From an uncultured Acidobacteriota bacterium (GTDB taxonomy: Bacteria > Acidobacteriota > Thermoanaerobaculia > Multivoradales > UBA5704): a stretch of 64,000 nucleotides of DNA. The stretch lies in the NCBI GenBank assembly GCA_963761645.1, contig CAVXIG010000070.1:81663-145662 (forward strand), read 5' to 3'. Shown here in pieces: positions 61,413-64,000 of the stretch. The notes beneath the pieces were generated by a model. It was not told the origin of the DNA, made no database searches, and saw only the letters and a program-made list of their open reading frames with translations. Numbering within the stretch: the stretch's first letter is position 1; every line of letters begins with the position of its first letter. The position numbers and the translations under genes are program-made.

Positions 61413-63362
61413 GAAGAACGCCGTCCCAGCCACTGATGAACCCGCCAGGCGCGGGTCGCCTCCATCTCCCGGAGGATTCCGTTCAGGCGCTCGATCTCGG
61501 CGTAGGTGCGGCCGAGGTGGGCGGTCTGGTCGTCCACGGCGGCGCGGAGCTTCCCTTCGTCGTCGTAGAGGCGCTGGATGTCGCCGGAGAGCCGCTCGAT
61601 CTCGGCGTTGAGCCGCAGGATCTCGGCGCGCAGGGTCTCGCGCTCCTCGCGCAGGGCCGCCAGCTCGCCGTTGGCGGCGTGATACCGCTCCTCCCAGAGG
61701 AACCGCTCGCGGGCCAGCTCCTGGTGGTTGCGGCCGAGGGTGGCGAGGTCCTCCCGCGCGCCGGCGAGATCGTTGCGCAGGTTGGCGAGATCGAGGCGGG
61801 CGCCGGCCCACCCCTCGCGCTCGGCGACCAGATCGGCGCGCAGCGTATCCACCGCCCGCGCCAGCGTCTCGGGGCGGAGGCGGTCGGCGTGCTTGGCGAG
61901 CACCCGCGCCTTGACCTCCAGGAAGTCGGCGCGCTCGCGGGGTCGCTCGCCGAAGATGTGATGGCCGCCGCCGCGGAAATGCCGGTACTCGCAGGTGACC
62001 CGGGCGAAGTGGTGGAACCGGGTGAGCCCCGAGAGGCGGATCAGGAAGTCCCAGTCCTCGAAGAACGGCAGCGACGGATCGAACGGACCGGCCGCGGCGA
62101 ACAGCGAGCGCTCGATCAGCAGGGTGTTGAACGGGATGTAGTTGTCGACCAGCAGGACTTCCGGTTCGAAGTCGCGGCTGTAGGGGAGGCGGCGCTCGCG
62201 GCAGACCCACCCCTCCTCGGGATCGAGCTCGTAGGCGGCCACCGCCGCGTCGGTGTAGGCGACGCGCACCCCGGCCGCCGAGACCAGGCCGGCCAGGGTC
62301 GACAGGTGGTCGGGAGCGGCGAGGTCGTCGTCGTCCAGGAAGGTCACGAAGTCGCCCGTCGAGGCGGCGATCCCCGCTTCGGCGGCGGCGGCCCGCCCCC
62401 GGTTCTCGGCGAGATCGACCCGCACGACCGGCAGCGGGAAGCCGGCGGGGACGGCCGGCGGCTCGCCGCCGTCGTTGACCAGCACCACCTCGGCGCGGCG
62501 GTATTCGCCCGTGGCGAGGCTGTCGAGGGCCTCGGCGAGCAGGCGCGGGCGGTCGCGGGTGCGGACGATCACCGAGACGCGCGGCCCCTCGCGGACCTCG
62601 TGGATCTCCGGCGAGCCGCCGAGATGGCGGATGAGCTGGGCCGGGCTACGGGTCGTGAAGTCCTCGACGCGGAGGCGGCGGTACCCCTCGGCCAGCTCGA
62701 CGCCGGGCGGCAGGCTCAGGGTGCGGAACCGGCGCAGCCCCAGCGCCGCGTTCCAGTAGGGGTGCCGCTCCTCCTGGCTGGCGTAGGCCGCCATCGCCCT
62801 CTCCAGCCGCTCGCGCTCGGGGCCGACGTCCACCAGCAGATCGGGGTAGCCGGGGTGGTTGACCTCGTAGAGGAGGATCCGCAGCCCGCGGAACGGCTCC
62901 TGGTCCGGATAGCCGTCGCGCACGGGGGCGAGCAGCCGGTGGAGGGCGGCGAAGGCGGCGCGGTGGTCGCGCGAGATCTCGAGCGGCGAGGGGGCGAGAA
63001 CCAGCTCGGGGCGCTGGGTCAGGATCGCCCGGCGGATCCCCTCCGCGGCCTCGTCGAGGTGGTGCTCCAGGGCGCCGTCGGGGAGGTCCAGGTGATCGCA
63101 GCCGGCGAAGCCCAGGATCTCGCAGACCCGGCCGGCCTCCTCCCGCCGCCGCTGGCGGTAGGCGTCGCGGTCGCTCCACCGCCTCCGCGCCGCCGCCGCC
63201 GTCGGTGAGGAAGAGGACGCGCACCGCCCCCCCCGCGGCGGCGAGCTGGGCGGCGAGCCCGCCGCAGCCGAGCACCTCGTCGTCTTGATGGGGGGCGAGC
63301 ACGAGGGCGCTCGCCGCGCGCACGCGCTCGGTCCAGCCGGGAGGTTGGAACGTTCCGTTCAT
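61409..63362 (-). CDS. PIG-L deacetylase + GT2 + C-terminal coiled coil fusion (frame break near 63180)
   Basis: VLAPHQDDEVLGCGG, DH, YASQ; VSVIVRTRDRP..L.EAL.S, VNDGG, FLDDDD, EDWDF; heptad-rich tail. Confidence 0.8.
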
Positions 63363-64000
63363 TGGATGTACCCCAGGGCGCGCAGCCGCCTCTCGGTCTC
63401 GGGATTCAGGGCCTTGCCGGCCGGCGCGCGCCGCCCGCCGGGAAGCCAGAGCAACAGCGCCGCGCCTTTGGCGGCGGGGAGATCCTCCGCCGTGAGGGCC
63501 GCGGGATTCAACCCGCCGCCCGGATACGGCGTGCCGCGCCCCACCAGCATCTGGCCGGCGGGGAGCGGCCGGCCGTCGACGCGGGCCTCGACGGCCTGGA
63601 CGCCGCCGAGATCCCCCTCCAGGCGGAAGCCCTTCTCCACAGTCTCTCCCCCCAGATCGAAGCTCACCCGGTTGCCGGCCAGCTCGACGCGGTCCCCTGC
63701 CGCCAGGAAGTAGGAGTCCCAGCCGGAAGGGGGGCGGTCGAGCGCGATCGATCCTTGCACCCGGGAGCCGGCCGGGAAACCCGAGGCGAAGACGCGCAGG
63801 CCCGGCAGTTCGCGGTTGAGCTGGCGATGGATGATCGGCTGCAGCCGCGCGATCTCCCCCGGCGAGGAGGGCGCGAGATTGCTCCGCTCTCTGGCGTCAC
63901 GGGTGAGATCGTACAGCTCGACACGCTGCAGGCGCTGGAGATCCTGCGTCCAGAGATACGCCTCGAGCTCGTTGGCGGGCGCGTAGGGGGTGCGCGGATT
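63359..64000 (-). CDS. Sulfatase-family protein, C-terminal part (5' end outside window)
   Basis: ELYDLTRDARERSNLA near 63880-63925 and terminal ETERRLRALGYIQ. Confidence 0.7.
   Translation of the reverse strand, partial: NPRTPYAPANELEAYLWTQDLQRLQRVELYDLTRDARERSNLAPSSPGEIARLQPIIHRQLNRELPGLRVFASGFPAGSRVQGSIALDRPPSGWDSYFLAAGDRVELAGNRVSFDLGGETVEKGFRLEGDLGGVQAVEARVDGRPLPAGQMLVGRGTPYPGGGLNPAALTAEDLPAAKGAALLLWLPGGRRAPAGKALNPETERRLRALGYIQ

Noticed and set aside
59037-62210. 1057-aa multi-glycosyltransferase fusion
   Set aside because: Frame-break artefact; the GT genes have separate overlapping start/stop junctions at 60155-60158 and 61409-61412

Overview
High-GC bacterial chromosomal segment. Gene content and the lineage-type small proteins suggest Acidobacteriota, possibly Thermoanaerobaculia; this is inference. 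Many genes carry single-base frame breaks, most likely long-read indel errors rather than true pseudogenes. Housekeeping blocks: GT2/YdjC, ABC-F, GIY-YIG, AddAB, ABC exporter, pilT-pilC-pilS-pilR, XdhC, TonB receptor, class A PBP, modA, glgP/treZ/debranching enzyme around an orphan CheB/CheR/hybrid-kinase cluster, and a surface-glycan GT cluster. Most interesting accessory signals: (1) a 39-43.4 kb module of XRE-HTH/TPR regulators transcribed divergently from small genes, one encoding a secreted precursor with three repeated GCx(I/L)(N/D/E)PxGxC cores, plus an ECF sigma and a free zf-HC2-like domain, making a candidate RRNPP-like peptide-signalling system in a diderm; (2) an in-frame ECF sigma-HupE/UreJ fusion convergent with a TonB receptor; (3) an integron attC site with a ComF-like PRTase + SLOG gene pair, a candidate ShosTA-like TA/defence cassette; (4) degenerate 20/21-bp tandem arrays, two of them directly after the terminators of small orphan genes; (5) a divergent ATP-grasp + phospho-His swivel protein upstream of addB.
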